In this document: in pieces, positions 41,138-50,236 of the stretch | Layout of the letters: every line of letters starts with the position of its first letter | Position numbering within the stretch: the first letter of the stretch is position 1 | Source: Thermoanaerobaculia bacterium | GTDB taxonomy: Bacteria; Acidobacteriota; Thermoanaerobaculia; Multivoradales; UBA5704 | NCBI GenBank assembly: GCA_036271335.1 | Contig: DATBAW010000600.1 | Location: forward strand, 5,635-69,634 | Direction of reading: 5' to 3' | DNA length: 64,000 nt | The notes under the pieces: generated by a model | Told to the model about the DNA's origin: nothing | What the model saw: only the letters and a program-made list of their open reading frames with translations | Database searches by the model: none | Made by a program: the position numbers and the translations under genes

Positions 41138-43267
41138 TCAGACGAGGCGGATGACGACCAGCGTCACGTCGTCCTTCGGAGGATCCCCCGCCGTCCAGGC
41201 CTCCGCGGCGCGGCCGAGGCCGGCGATCACCTCCGCCGGCGTGCCCCCTCCGAGCTCCGCGAAGAGCGCGCGGACCCGCGGATAGCCGAGCGGATCGCCG
41301 TCGGCGTTCGTCAGCTCCGGGAGGCCGTCGGTCATCATCAGGATCGCGTCGCCGGGCGCCAGGTCGACGCGATGCTCCTGGTAGGAGGTAGCCAAGCCGC
41401 CGAGCGGCATGCCCTGGAGGACGATCTCCTCCGCCTCGCCGGTCTTGCCGTGGTAGATGAGGACGGGGGGCATGCCGGCCGACGAGAGGGTGAGCACACC
41501 CGCGGACAGCCGGCCCACGCAGAGCCCCATGGCCATGCGGCTCAGGTCCATGCGGCGGACGGCGCGGGCCGCTTCGTCGAGCAGCTCCCGGGGGCCGGTG
41601 TGGCCGGCGAAGGCCGAGAACAGGCTCTTGACGGCGGTGACCATGGTGCCCGCCCGCGCGCCATGGCCGGTGGCGTCGCCGATCGCGGCGGTGAGCGCGC
41701 CGTCCCCGGCGGGGTGGAAATCCCCCTCGGAGAGATGGAAATCCCCCTCGGAGAGATGGAAATCATAGTAGTCGCCTCCCACCTCGGTCGCCGTGCGCAT
41801 CGAGACGGCGATCTCGAACCCGGGGTGCTCGGGGAGGGTCTTGGGGAGCAGCGAGAGCTGGAACCGGCGCGCCTCCTCCAGCTCTTCGCTCTTGCGGTCG
41901 TACTCGGCCTGCAGCCGTTCCTGCTCGATCTCCTGGTGCTGGCGCTGCCGTTCCTGCTCCAGGAGGCGGTCCTGGTTCACCCGCAGGTCGCCGGCCATCT
42001 GGTTGAAGGCCAGGGCGAGCTTGCCGAACTCGTTGCGCGACCGCACCGGCACCCGGGTGTCGAGGTCCCCGTGGGCGATCCGCTCGGCGCCGTCGGTCAC
42101 CAGCTTCAGGTTGCGGGTCATGCGGGTCGACAGCGGCAGGATGCCGAGGAGCGCGAGGCCGATCATCCCCAGGCCGTAGCCGAAGTTGCGCGCCGCCGTG
42201 TGCCGCACCTCGGCAAGCGGCACCGGCCGGGCGATGCCGAAGATGAGGTCGCTCTCGCGGTCCTTGGCCGTCGCCACCACCCAGTCGCCGAGGACCCAGC
42301 GGACGGCGCCGGCGTGCTGGTGGACGGAGAGCGCGAGCGGCAGCTTCTCGACCTTGGCCTGGTCCGCCTGGTCGAGGGTGTGGAGCTTGCCCTGGGCATC
42401 GACGGCGAACGGCACCTCCCCTTCCCCGCCGCGGGTATGGGCGAGGACTCGCGCCAGCAGCTCGTCGCCGCGCACCCGCGCCTTGATCGTCCCCACGACC
42501 GCGCCCCGGTCGTGCACCGGCACCTCGAGGTCGCGGCCGAGCAGCGCGCGGTCGGCCGCGACCTCGGCCCGCTCCCTCTGCTTATCGGCCCTCTCCTGCT
42601 GCTTCTCGGCCTCCACCGTGAGCTTCTCCTGGACGCGCCGGCGGACCTCCTGTTTCCAGGCTTCCGTGCCCACGCCGGGAGGGCGCGGGGGCGGCGCCAC
42701 GGGGGGCGGGCTGCCGAGGCTCGCGATCGCCTGATCGATCGCCTGGGTGGAGACCGGGTCGTTGGCGACGTCCTTGCGCGCTTCCTGAAGGTACTGCGCG
42801 ACGTCGATCGTCATCGGGCTGCCGGGCTCCGGAACGCCCGGGATGCCGGTGGCGACCGGGGGGGTGGGCGGAACGGGCACCGCGGGCACTGCGGGCACTT
42901 CCGCCAGGGCGGCCTTCGCGGCCGGCGGCATGGGGATGAACTCGAGCGATTTGACGAGCGGCGCCGCGTCGCCGAAGTTGCGGACCATCTGACCCAGCAG
43001 CGGCGCCGCCTTCCCCTGCTGGCGCGACTGGGCCGCCGCCATCAGGTCCTGGGCGGAGACGTCCCCCAGCCGCTCGACCCCTCGTCCCAGCTCCCTGCGG
43101 ATCGCAGCCAGCCGGCCATCCATCTCCCCCGCCAGCGCCTTCGCCTCGGTCTCCGAAGCATGGCGCACGGCCCGCAGCGACGAGACGTAGGAATAGAGGA
43201 CGATCCCCGTCAGCGGCACCACCGCCAGCAGCAGGAAGGCGAGGACGAGCTGGGTGCGGATCTTCAT
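41138..43267 (-). CDS. Membrane sensor with HAMP domain and PP2C/SpoIIE-type serine phosphatase output
   Basis: N-terminal TM helix, periplasmic region, second TM helix, HAMP (GAERIAHGDLDTRVPVRSRNEFGKLALAFNQMAGDL), coiled coil, then PP2C motifs GGDYYDF, IGDATGHG and MMTDGLPE. Confidence 0.85.
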   Translation of the reverse strand: MKIRTQLVLAFLLLAVVPLTGIVLYSYVSSLRAVRHASETEAKALAGEMDGRLAAIRRELGRGVERLGDVSAQDLMAAAQSRQQGKAAPLLGQMVRNFGDAAPLVKSLEFIPMPPAAKAALAEVPAVPAVPVPPTPPVATGIPGVPEPGSPMTIDVAQYLQEARKDVANDPVSTQAIDQAIASLGSPPPVAPPPRPPGVGTEAWKQEVRRRVQEKLTVEAEKQQERADKQRERAEVAADRALLGRDLEVPVHDRGAVVGTIKARVRGDELLARVLAHTRGGEGEVPFAVDAQGKLHTLDQADQAKVEKLPLALSVHQHAGAVRWVLGDWVVATAKDRESDLIFGIARPVPLAEVRHTAARNFGYGLGMIGLALLGILPLSTRMTRNLKLVTDGAERIAHGDLDTRVPVRSRNEFGKLALAFNQMAGDLRVNQDRLLEQERQRQHQEIEQERLQAEYDRKSEELEEARRFQLSLLPKTLPEHPGFEIAVSMRTATEVGGDYYDFHLSEGDFHLSEGDFHPAGDGALTAAIGDATGHGARAGTMVTAVKSLFSAFAGHTGPRELLDEAARAVRRMDLSRMAMGLCVGRLSAGVLTLSSAGMPPVLIYHGKTGEAEEIVLQGMPLGGLATSYQEHRVDLAPGDAILMMTDGLPELTNADGDPLGYPRVRALFAELGGGTPAEVIAGLGRAAEAWTAGDPPKDDVTLVVIRLV
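41714..41766. repeat. In-frame 21-bp tandem duplication (about 2.5 copies) inside the PP2C domain
   Basis: (g/a)tggaaatccccctcggagag is repeated, encoding DFHLSEG-DFHLSEG-DFH immediately after the GGDYYDF metal-binding motif. Confidence 0.9.
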
Positions 43268-43334
43268 AAGGAGTGGTACGGATGGGCGGGGCGGAGGTTC
43301 TGCGGGGCGCGGAGAACCTCCCTACCCGCCCCTC

Positions 43335-43895
43335 TCACCCCACATGGAAGAACGCCCGCAGCTGCGCGATCATCTCGTCGAGGTTGGCGCGGCGGAACTC
43401 GCGGCGGTAGGACTCCTCGGTGGTCTCGCTGATCAGTTTCCGCTCCTCGGGCGGCAGGGAGGCGAAGGCGCGGCCGGCCAGGGCCTCGTCGAAGGCGCGC
43501 TGGGCCACGGCGCTCCGGCCGGACCACCAGGTCTGGAGCCGGTCGTCCTCGTCATAGAAGGCGTAGACCGGGATCCGCTGGGCGTTCTCGAGCCAGAGGA
43601 AATGAGCCATCAGCTCGGGGTTCAGGTCGCGCGGGAAGACCCGCAGCTCCCAGCCCGGGAGCTCGTCGGCGATGCGCACCCAGGTGGGGAGCGTGTGGTA
43701 GACGTCCGGACACCAGTCCTCCCCGATCGCCACCACCCGCAGCGGCGGCAGCTGGCGCAGGAAGGCCATGTCCTCGGGAGTCCGCGTCGGCTCGCGGAAG
43801 ACCTCGTCGAAGGTGCGGCCGTTGCGGCGGATGGTCCGCCGGTAGGACGAATAGGGAAGGCCACGGTTCCAGACTTCAGGTGACAGAGGATTCAT
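43335..43895 (-). CDS. Thioredoxin-fold protein (Thioredoxin_9-like, single Cys WCPD)
   Basis: VVAIGEDWCPDVYHTLP, IPVYAFYDED. The ATG at 43895 is preferred. The track's GTG at 43943 would add 16 aa. Confidence 0.55.
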   Translation of the reverse strand: MNPLSPEVWNRGLPYSSYRRTIRRNGRTFDEVFREPTRTPEDMAFLRQLPPLRVVAIGEDWCPDVYHTLPTWVRIADELPGWELRVFPRDLNPELMAHFLWLENAQRIPVYAFYDEDDRLQTWWSGRSAVAQRAFDEALAGRAFASLPPEERKLISETTEESYRREFRRANLDEMIAQLRAFFHVG

Positions 43896-43949
43896 AGCCT
43901 TGAGGATATACCGAACCCCGGTCGGAAGGGGTGGCGGATTCACCGGGCG

Positions 43950-45701
43950 TCACGCCAGCGCGCGCCGCCCCGCCAGGCGCGCCACGGCGGCGATCAGCTC
44001 GGCGGGGTCGACCGGCTTGGCGAGGTGGGTCTGGTATCCGGCGTCGAGGGCGCGCTGGCGGTCCTCGGCGCGGGCGTAGGCGGTGAGGGCGGCGGCGGGG
44101 AGGTCGCCGCCCTGGCCGGGACCGCGAGCGCGGACCTTGCGGATCAGCGAGTAGCCGTCCTCGCCGGGGACGCCGATGTCGGAGAGGAGGACGTGCGGCA
44201 GGGCGCGGTCGAGCTCCTCCAGGGCCTCGGGCACCGAGCCGAAGGCCGTCACCTCGGCGCCGCACTGCTGGAGCGCCACCACCAGCAGCTCGCGGGTGTC
44301 CGTCTCGTCCTCCACCACCAGCACGCGCACGCCCGCCAGCAGATCGGGAGCCTGGAAGACGCTGCGCCCGACCGCCGTGCGGTCGAGCGCGTCCTCGGCG
44401 AGCTCGGCGCGCAGCGGCAGCCGCACGATGAACGTGGCCCCCTGCCCTTCTCCCGCGCTCTCCACCTCCGCCGTGCCGCCGTGCAGCTCGATCAGGTGGC
44501 GGACGATCGAGAGGCCGAGGCCGAGACCGCCGTGAGTGCGGGTGATCGACCCCTCGGCCTGGCGGAAACGATCGAAGACGTACGGCAGGAAGTCGGGGCG
44601 GATGCCGATCCCCGTGTCGCTCACCCGGATCACCGCGTTCCCCTCCACCTCGCGCAGGCGGACCTCGACGGAGCCCCCCTTGGACGTGAACTTGATGGCG
44701 TTCGACAGCAGGTTCCAGATCACCTGCTGCAGCCGGTCGGTGTCGCCGAGGGCCGGGCTGGCCAGCTGCCCGATCGAGATGGCGAGGTGGATCCCCTTGG
44801 CGTCGGCGGCCGGCCGCACGCTCTCCTGCGCCGAGTCGATGATGCGGCGCAGGTCGACCGGCCGGAAGTCGAGCCGCAGCTTGCCGGTGATGATCCGCGA
44901 GACGTCGAGCAGGTCGGCGATCAGCTGCGCCTGCGAGCGGGCGTTGCGCTCGATGGTCTCCAGCGCCTTGGTGGCGGCGGCCGGGTCGAGCTTGCCCATG
45001 CGCAGCACCTGGACCCAGCCGAGGATGGCGTTGAGCGGCGTCCGCAGCTCGTGGGAGAGAGTGGCCAGGAACTCGTCCTTGGTGCGGTTGGCCTCCTCGG
45101 CCTGCTTGCGCGCCGCCTGTTCGAGGTCGAGCAGGCGGGCCCGCTCCTGCTCCGCCCACTCGCGGACGCGGATCTCCCGCTTCAGCTCCTGGTTGGCGAC
45201 CGAGAGCTCGGCCGTGCGCTGCTCGACCAGGGTTTCGAGGTCGTCGTACATCCGGCGCAGGGCGCCGTTGGCCTCGGCGAGCTCGGCGGTACGCTCCCCC
45301 ACCTTGCGCCGCAGGGCCACCTTCTCGATCGCGTTCCGCACCGCGTGCTGCAACCGCTCGCGGGCGACGTCCCCCTTCAGCAGGTAGTCCTGCGCTCCCC
45401 CCTTCATCGCCTCGACGGCCACCGCCTCGTTCCCCTGCCCGGTGAGCACGATGACCGGCACCAGCCGCTCGGCGAGCAGGCGGGAGAGGAACTCCAGGCC
45501 GTCGACGTCCGGCAGCCGGTAGTCGAGCAACAGACAGTCGGGCGCCAGGTCGAACGCCACCCGCAGCCCCTCCTCGCCCGTCTCAGCCGCCAGGAACTCG
45601 TAGGCGTGCTCGGGATCCTGCGCGAGCAGCCGCCGGTAGAGCTCCCGGTCCTCGGCGCTGTCGTCGACGATGAGCAGGCGGATTGGCAGGGCGTCGCTCA
45701 T
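43950..45701 (-). CDS. Hybrid sensor histidine kinase/response regulator (REC - coiled coil - HisKA - HATPase_c - REC)
   Basis: LLIVDDSAEDRE...LLLDYRLPDVDG, H-box FLATLSHELRTPLN, N/G boxes NLLSNAIKFT, DTGIGI and GGLGLGLSIV, and a second REC (VLVVEDETD...LLSDIGVPGEDG...TAYA...HLAKP). Confidence 0.9.
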   Translation of the reverse strand: MSDALPIRLLIVDDSAEDRELYRRLLAQDPEHAYEFLAAETGEEGLRVAFDLAPDCLLLDYRLPDVDGLEFLSRLLAERLVPVIVLTGQGNEAVAVEAMKGGAQDYLLKGDVARERLQHAVRNAIEKVALRRKVGERTAELAEANGALRRMYDDLETLVEQRTAELSVANQELKREIRVREWAEQERARLLDLEQAARKQAEEANRTKDEFLATLSHELRTPLNAILGWVQVLRMGKLDPAAATKALETIERNARSQAQLIADLLDVSRIITGKLRLDFRPVDLRRIIDSAQESVRPAADAKGIHLAISIGQLASPALGDTDRLQQVIWNLLSNAIKFTSKGGSVEVRLREVEGNAVIRVSDTGIGIRPDFLPYVFDRFRQAEGSITRTHGGLGLGLSIVRHLIELHGGTAEVESAGEGQGATFIVRLPLRAELAEDALDRTAVGRSVFQAPDLLAGVRVLVVEDETDTRELLVVALQQCGAEVTAFGSVPEALEELDRALPHVLLSDIGVPGEDGYSLIRKVRARGPGQGGDLPAAALTAYARAEDRQRALDAGYQTHLAKPVDPAELIAAVARLAGRRALA

Positions 45702-45705
45702 CCGG

Positions 45706-46146
45706 TCACAGGGCCTTCGGCAGGATCACGACTTCGAACCAGTAATCGTTGAGCCGCTCGATGGCCCGCATGAAGCCTTCGAGATCGACCGGCTTCTGGA
45801 TGTAGCTGTTGGCGCCCGCCTTGTAGCAGGCCGAGACGTCGCGGTCGTCGCTGGAGGTGGTGAGCACGATCACCGGGATCTGCCTCAGCTCGGGGTGCGA
45901 CTTGATCTCGGTGAGCACCTCGCGGCCGTCGGTCCCCGGCAGGTTGAGGTCGAGCAGCACGACTCCCGGCCGCGGCGCCTCGGCATGCTTGCCGCGGCGG
46001 AGCAGGAAATCGAGCGCCTCGTCACCGTCGGCGCAATGATGGATCGGGTTCTTGAGACCCGAGCGGCGAAAGGCGCGCTCAGTGGTCTCGCAGTCTTCGG
46101 GGCTGTCCTCCACGAGGAGGATCGGCTGGTTGGGGCTTTCGAGCAT
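45706..46146 (-). CDS. Single-domain response regulator (REC only)
   Basis: ILLVEDSPEDCE, VLLDLNLPGTDG, VIVLTTS, YIQKP. The ATG overlaps the kinase stop (TAATG). Confidence 0.9.
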   Translation of the reverse strand: MLESPNQPILLVEDSPEDCETTERAFRRSGLKNPIHHCADGDEALDFLLRRGKHAEAPRPGVVLLDLNLPGTDGREVLTEIKSHPELRQIPVIVLTTSSDDRDVSACYKAGANSYIQKPVDLEGFMRAIERLNDYWFEVVILPKAL

Positions 46147-47633
46147 TACGCGCGGACCTCGCCTTCCTGCAGGGTGAAATAGAACGTCGTTCCGGTTCCG
46201 GGCGACGATTCGAGCCAGATTCTGCCATGGTGCCGCTCGACGATCTTCTTGGCGATCGTCAGGCCGGCCCCGGTGCCGCCGCCGTACTTGTCGCGCCCGT
46301 GCAGCCGCTTGAAGATCCGGAACACCGCCTCCTGGTGCTTCTCGGGGATGCCGATGCCGTTGTCCCGCACAAAGAACACCGGCGGGCCCGCGCCGTCTTC
46401 CCGCCAGCCGACCTCGAGCCACTTCTCCGGCTTGTCGTTGTACTTCATCGCGTTGACGATCAGGTTGTGGAAGATCTCCCCCACCCGCGCCCGGTCGGCG
46501 TGGACGGTGGGGAGCGGCCGGGGGATCCGCATCTCGATTTTCTCCTGTTGCAGGGAGATGGCGAGCGAATCGAGGATCTCGGCGACGATCTCGTTGAGGT
46601 CGACGTCGTCCAGGCCGAGGTCGACACGGCCGAGGCGGGAGAACTGGAGGAGCGAGTCGATCAGCGTTTCCATGCGGCGGGTCAGCCGCATCAGGGTCTC
46701 CAGCTTGGAGCGCCCCTCGGCGTCGAGCTTGTCGGCGTAGTCCTCGAGCAGGAAGCTCGAGAAGTTGTGGATTCCCCGCAGCGGCTCCTTGAGATCGTGC
46801 GAGGCGATGTAGGCGAAGTCGTCCAGCTCGCGGTTGCTCTGGTTGAGCTCCTCGTTGCGCTGCTGGAGCTCGCGGGTCCGCTCCTCCACCCGGTCCTCCA
46901 GCACCTCCTTGGCATCCCGCAGCTCGGAATCGCGCCGCTGGATCTGGACCAGCATGTCGTTGAAGGCGTCGACCAGCTGGCCGAGCTCGTCGGAGCTCCG
47001 CTTGCCGGCGCGGATCGAGTAGTCCCGCCGCTCGGAGACCGCCCGCGCCGTGGCGGCGAGGGCGAGGATTGGCCCCGAGATCAGGCGCTGGAGCCCCGAG
47101 GAGAACGCCAGCGCCACGATCCCCGAGGCCAGGAAGACGACGCCGACGGTCAGCGCCTGCGTCCAGACCCGGCTCCGCAGCTCGTGGAGATCGCTGCGCA
47201 GATAGACGGTGCCGACCCGCTCCCCCTTGAGGTCGATGGGGCGGAAGACGACGAGCGCGCCGTCCTCGAACCGGGGGGCGTCGGGGCCGGGGCGGAGAGG
47301 AACCCGCGGCGTGGGACCGCCCCCCGGCGCCACGTTCACGAACAGGCCTCCCTGCCGGTCGTAGACGGCGGCGGCCACGATCGACGGGCGCGCCTTGAGG
47401 GCGCTCAGCGTTTCGATCTCGGCGGCGGGGTCCCGAAAGCTCAACGCCGCCGTGCTGTTCTGGGCCACGATGTCGGCCAGCGAATTGAGGTCGCGCTTCA
47501 TCTCCGCCTTGAAGCGCACCACGTTGAAGTAGATGATCGCGGCGCCGGCGAGCAGCAGGGTGCCGGCCGTCGTCAGCACGGCGATCAGCATCAGCTTCTG
47601 GCGGATGGGAGCGTGCTGGAGACTCCTCAGCAT
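46146..47633 (-). CDS. Sensor histidine kinase (periplasmic sensor - HAMP - HisKA - HATPase_c)
   Basis: TM helix / periplasmic ~140 aa / TM helix, HAMP (GPILALAATARAVSERRDYSIRAGKRSSDELGQLVDAFNDM), H-box FAYIASHDLKEPLR, NLIVNAMKY, DNGIGI, GTGAGLTIAKKIV. Confidence 0.9.
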   Translation of the reverse strand: MLRSLQHAPIRQKLMLIAVLTTAGTLLLAGAAIIYFNVVRFKAEMKRDLNSLADIVAQNSTAALSFRDPAAEIETLSALKARPSIVAAAVYDRQGGLFVNVAPGGGPTPRVPLRPGPDAPRFEDGALVVFRPIDLKGERVGTVYLRSDLHELRSRVWTQALTVGVVFLASGIVALAFSSGLQRLISGPILALAATARAVSERRDYSIRAGKRSSDELGQLVDAFNDMLVQIQRRDSELRDAKEVLEDRVEERTRELQQRNEELNQSNRELDDFAYIASHDLKEPLRGIHNFSSFLLEDYADKLDAEGRSKLETLMRLTRRMETLIDSLLQFSRLGRVDLGLDDVDLNEIVAEILDSLAISLQQEKIEMRIPRPLPTVHADRARVGEIFHNLIVNAMKYNDKPEKWLEVGWREDGAGPPVFFVRDNGIGIPEKHQEAVFRIFKRLHGRDKYGGGTGAGLTIAKKIVERHHGRIWLESSPGTGTTFYFTLQEGEVRA

Positions 47634-47636
47634 GGC

Positions 47637-48212
47637 TCAGGGCTCCGCCTTGGCACCGGCGGCGGGGACGATCCGCCTGGCCAGTTGCAGCAGCTTCGAG
47701 CTGACCTTGAGCCCCGCCTTGTCGGCGGCGTCGGTATTGATCTCGAAACGGACCTTCGAGCCCTCGAGAATGAAGTTGATGATCACTCCCTGGTCGACGA
47801 AGCCCTTGGTGTCCCCCACCGTCAGCACCGGCGAGTCCTTGAGCGCGGCGAGGATCTGCGGCAGCTTTTCGCGCTCCGACCGGCTGATGAACAGCACCTG
47901 GCAACCGCCGGGCTTGGGCGGGGCGTCGGCGCGGACGATGACCAGCTTGCGGTTCTCCACCGGCTCGCCCGCGACCGCCTGCAAGCTGCGGCCGAACGGG
48001 TCCTCGCCGAGCAGGCAGACCTTCAGGCTGGTGGCGTCCGGGAAGGCCGCGGCGGGCCAGTCCACGAACTTGGTGAAGTTGTAGAGGAACGCCGCCTTGA
48101 CGTCGTACTCCGGCGCCGTCTGGGCCGCGGCGGAGTACGGCAGCAGAAGCAGGACCGCCAGGAGGAGGCCTCGCCCGGGATTGAAATCCCGGGCTATCGA
48201 CGGCCGTCCCAT
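47637..48212 (-). CDS. YfiR-like periplasmic protein (DUF4154)
   Basis: YDVKAAFLYNFTKFVDWP, VLFISRSE, LTVGD..GF...G.IINF, RFEIN..A....GLKVSSKLL. The start ATG at 48212 lies inside REP family G. Confidence 0.7.
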   Translation of the reverse strand: MGRPSIARDFNPGRGLLLAVLLLLPYSAAAQTAPEYDVKAAFLYNFTKFVDWPAAAFPDATSLKVCLLGEDPFGRSLQAVAGEPVENRKLVIVRADAPPKPGGCQVLFISRSEREKLPQILAALKDSPVLTVGDTKGFVDQGVIINFILEGSKVRFEINTDAADKAGLKVSSKLLQLARRIVPAAGAKAEP

Positions 48213-48295
48213 CCGGGACTTCCGGCAGCCCATCCCCGCCCAGAGCCCCTGAAAGGGGCGACTGTCGGTAGCCCGGGATTTCAATCCCGGGCGAG
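48170..48295. repeat. REP family G: 27-bp perfect inverted repeat, 72-bp spacer
   Basis: ctcgcccgggattgaaatcccgggcta (48170-48196) and its exact reverse complement (48269-48295). Each arm is itself a cccggga..tcccggg palindrome. Confidence 0.9.
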
Positions 48296-48313
48296 CGCCC
48301 GAGGCCAGCGTCC

Positions 48314-50236
48314 TCAGAAGCGCCATGTCACTTTCCCGTAGACGCTGCGCTGGATCTCCTGGCGCAGGGGCGACGGCGGACCGAACTCGGGATGCCGGGG
48401 GTGCAGCAGGTTCTCGCCGGTGAGCGAGAGCTCCAGCCTGTCCGTGGCGCTCCAGCCGAGCCGCAGGTCGAGCTCGGTATAGGCCGGCACGGCCGGCGAC
48501 GGCAGGCTGGCCACGTAGTGCAGCGTGCCGTCGAGCTCGACCCGGCCGGGAAGGTCCATCAGCGAACGCAGGACGAAGCGGTCGAGCGGATCGTTCCCCT
48601 CCATCTTGCCGCCGGTCGGATCGAAGCTCTGGGGATCGAGGCTCAGCGACTTGCCGAAATAGGCGTACTCGGCGTGCAGCCGCCACCAGGGGGCCGCCTG
48701 GGCGCTCACCCGCAGCTCCGCGCCCCAGGTGTCGGCGCTCAGCTCGTTGCCGAAATGGTAGGGGAACGCCGCCGGAGGCGCCGCGGGCTCATAGCTGCGC
48801 AGATGGTCGTAGACGTTGTAGTAGGTCGCCAGGTCGACCGTCAGGCCCGTCCGCACCTGCATGCGGTAGCCGAGCTCGTAGGCGAGCAGCTCCTCGGAGA
48901 CGAAGGCGTTCGAGCCTTCGAGAAACGGCTGGCCCGTGGCGGAGTAGAAGACGATGTCCTCGTCGTAGCGGGTGGGCGTGCGGACGGCGCGGGAGATCGC
49001 CGCCCAGAGGGTGCGGCGGTCGTCGGGCACCCAGCTCAGGCGGACGCTCGGCTGCACCTCGAACCCCGTCCAGTGGTTGTGCTCGACCTTCGTCCCCGCC
49101 GTCAGCTTCAGATGGTGCTCGAGCGCGATCTCGTCCTGGGCGAAGGCGCTGAACAGGTTCTCGGTCACCTGGTCGGGGAGGAACGCCACGCCCGGGCTGT
49201 TCCCCACCTCGTCCTGCGTGATCCGGTAGCCCGCTCCCCAGACCAGCTCCTGCCGCGAGCCCAGCGGGCTGCGATGCTGATAGTCGACGTCGAAGGTGTG
49301 GCGATGCTCCTCGAACCAGTCGGGGATCTCACGGTGGGTGAAGTCATAGTAGATCTGCAGGTCGCTGCCGGAATTGGCGGCGTACGTGGTGGTCCAGCGG
49401 CCGAGGACATTGGCGCCGTCGAGCACGGTGTCGGCGCGCTCCACCACCGTCTGGCCGGCGAGCCCGTGGTAGGCGTCGCCCTGGAGCGTGAAGGCGCCGG
49501 AGCCGCCGTCGGCGCGGTCGATCCGGAACCCCGCCTGCCCGTGGCGCAGCGGATCCTGGGCGCTGTCGCCGTCGGCGAAGGCGAGCGCGTCCTGGTAGGA
49601 GTACTGGCCATAGGCGCGATAGGCGAGGTTGTCGCCGATCTTCCCCCCCTCGCGGAAGGCGGCCGTGGCCTCCTGCTGATTGCCGCCGCCGATCGAGACC
49701 AGCGTCCCCTGGGTGTCCCGCGCGCTCTTGGTGAGGATGTTGATCACGCCGTTGACCGCGTTCGCCCCCCAGAGAGTGGCGCCGGGACCGCGGATGATCT
49801 CGATGCGGTCGATGTCCTCCAGCATCACGCCCTGGACGTCCCAGAACACCCCGGAATAGAGCGGCGTGTAGACGCTGCGGCCGTCGATCAGCACCAGCAG
49901 CTTGTTGGAGGTGGTGGTGTTGAAGCCGCGGGAGCTGATCGCCCAGGTGTTGCCGTCGGATTGAGCCACCTCCAGGCCGGCGGTGATCCGCAGCACGTCC
50001 GGCAGGTTGGTGGCGCCGGAGCGGCGGACGTCCTCGGCGGTGAGGACGGTGATCGCCGCCGCCGCGCCCGAGACCGGCTCGCTACGGCGGGAGACCGAGG
50101 TCACGTCGAGGTCCATCAGCTGCTCGATCGAGAGCCCCTTCAGCTCCAGAGGCCCCGAGGCCTGAGGCTGCTCCTTCTGCGCGTACGCCGGCGCCGCCAT
50201 GGCGAGCGCCACGCAGAGGGCGGCCAGGCTTCCCAC
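48314..50236 (-). CDS. TonB-dependent outer-membrane receptor
   Basis: Plug domain VTSVSRR.E....AAAAITVLTAEDVRRSGATNLPDVLR, IEIIRGPGATLWGANAVNGVINI, terminal aromatic ...YGKVTWRF. The start is uncertain: GTG at 50236 gives the signal peptide VGSLAALCVALAMAAPAYAQ, while the track ORF runs on to 50422 through REP family F. Confidence 0.85.
   Translation of the reverse strand: MGSLAALCVALAMAAPAYAQKEQPQASGPLELKGLSIEQLMDLDVTSVSRRSEPVSGAAAAITVLTAEDVRRSGATNLPDVLRITAGLEVAQSDGNTWAISSRGFNTTTSNKLLVLIDGRSVYTPLYSGVFWDVQGVMLEDIDRIEIIRGPGATLWGANAVNGVINILTKSARDTQGTLVSIGGGNQQEATAAFREGGKIGDNLAYRAYGQYSYQDALAFADGDSAQDPLRHGQAGFRIDRADGGSGAFTLQGDAYHGLAGQTVVERADTVLDGANVLGRWTTTYAANSGSDLQIYYDFTHREIPDWFEEHRHTFDVDYQHRSPLGSRQELVWGAGYRITQDEVGNSPGVAFLPDQVTENLFSAFAQDEIALEHHLKLTAGTKVEHNHWTGFEVQPSVRLSWVPDDRRTLWAAISRAVRTPTRYDEDIVFYSATGQPFLEGSNAFVSEELLAYELGYRMQVRTGLTVDLATYYNVYDHLRSYEPAAPPAAFPYHFGNELSADTWGAELRVSAQAAPWWRLHAEYAYFGKSLSLDPQSFDPTGGKMEGNDPLDRFVLRSLMDLPGRVELDGTLHYVASLPSPAVPAYTELDLRLGWSATDRLELSLTGENLLHPRHPEFGPPSPLRQEIQRSVYGKVTWRF

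Noticed and set aside
43293-43321. The hairpin ggaggttct-N11-agaacctcc between the thioredoxin-fold gene and the PP2C gene, considered as a terminator
   Set aside because: No T-tract follows on the transcribed (minus) strand, and the flanking genes are otherwise arranged like an operon. Function is too uncertain to list as a feature.
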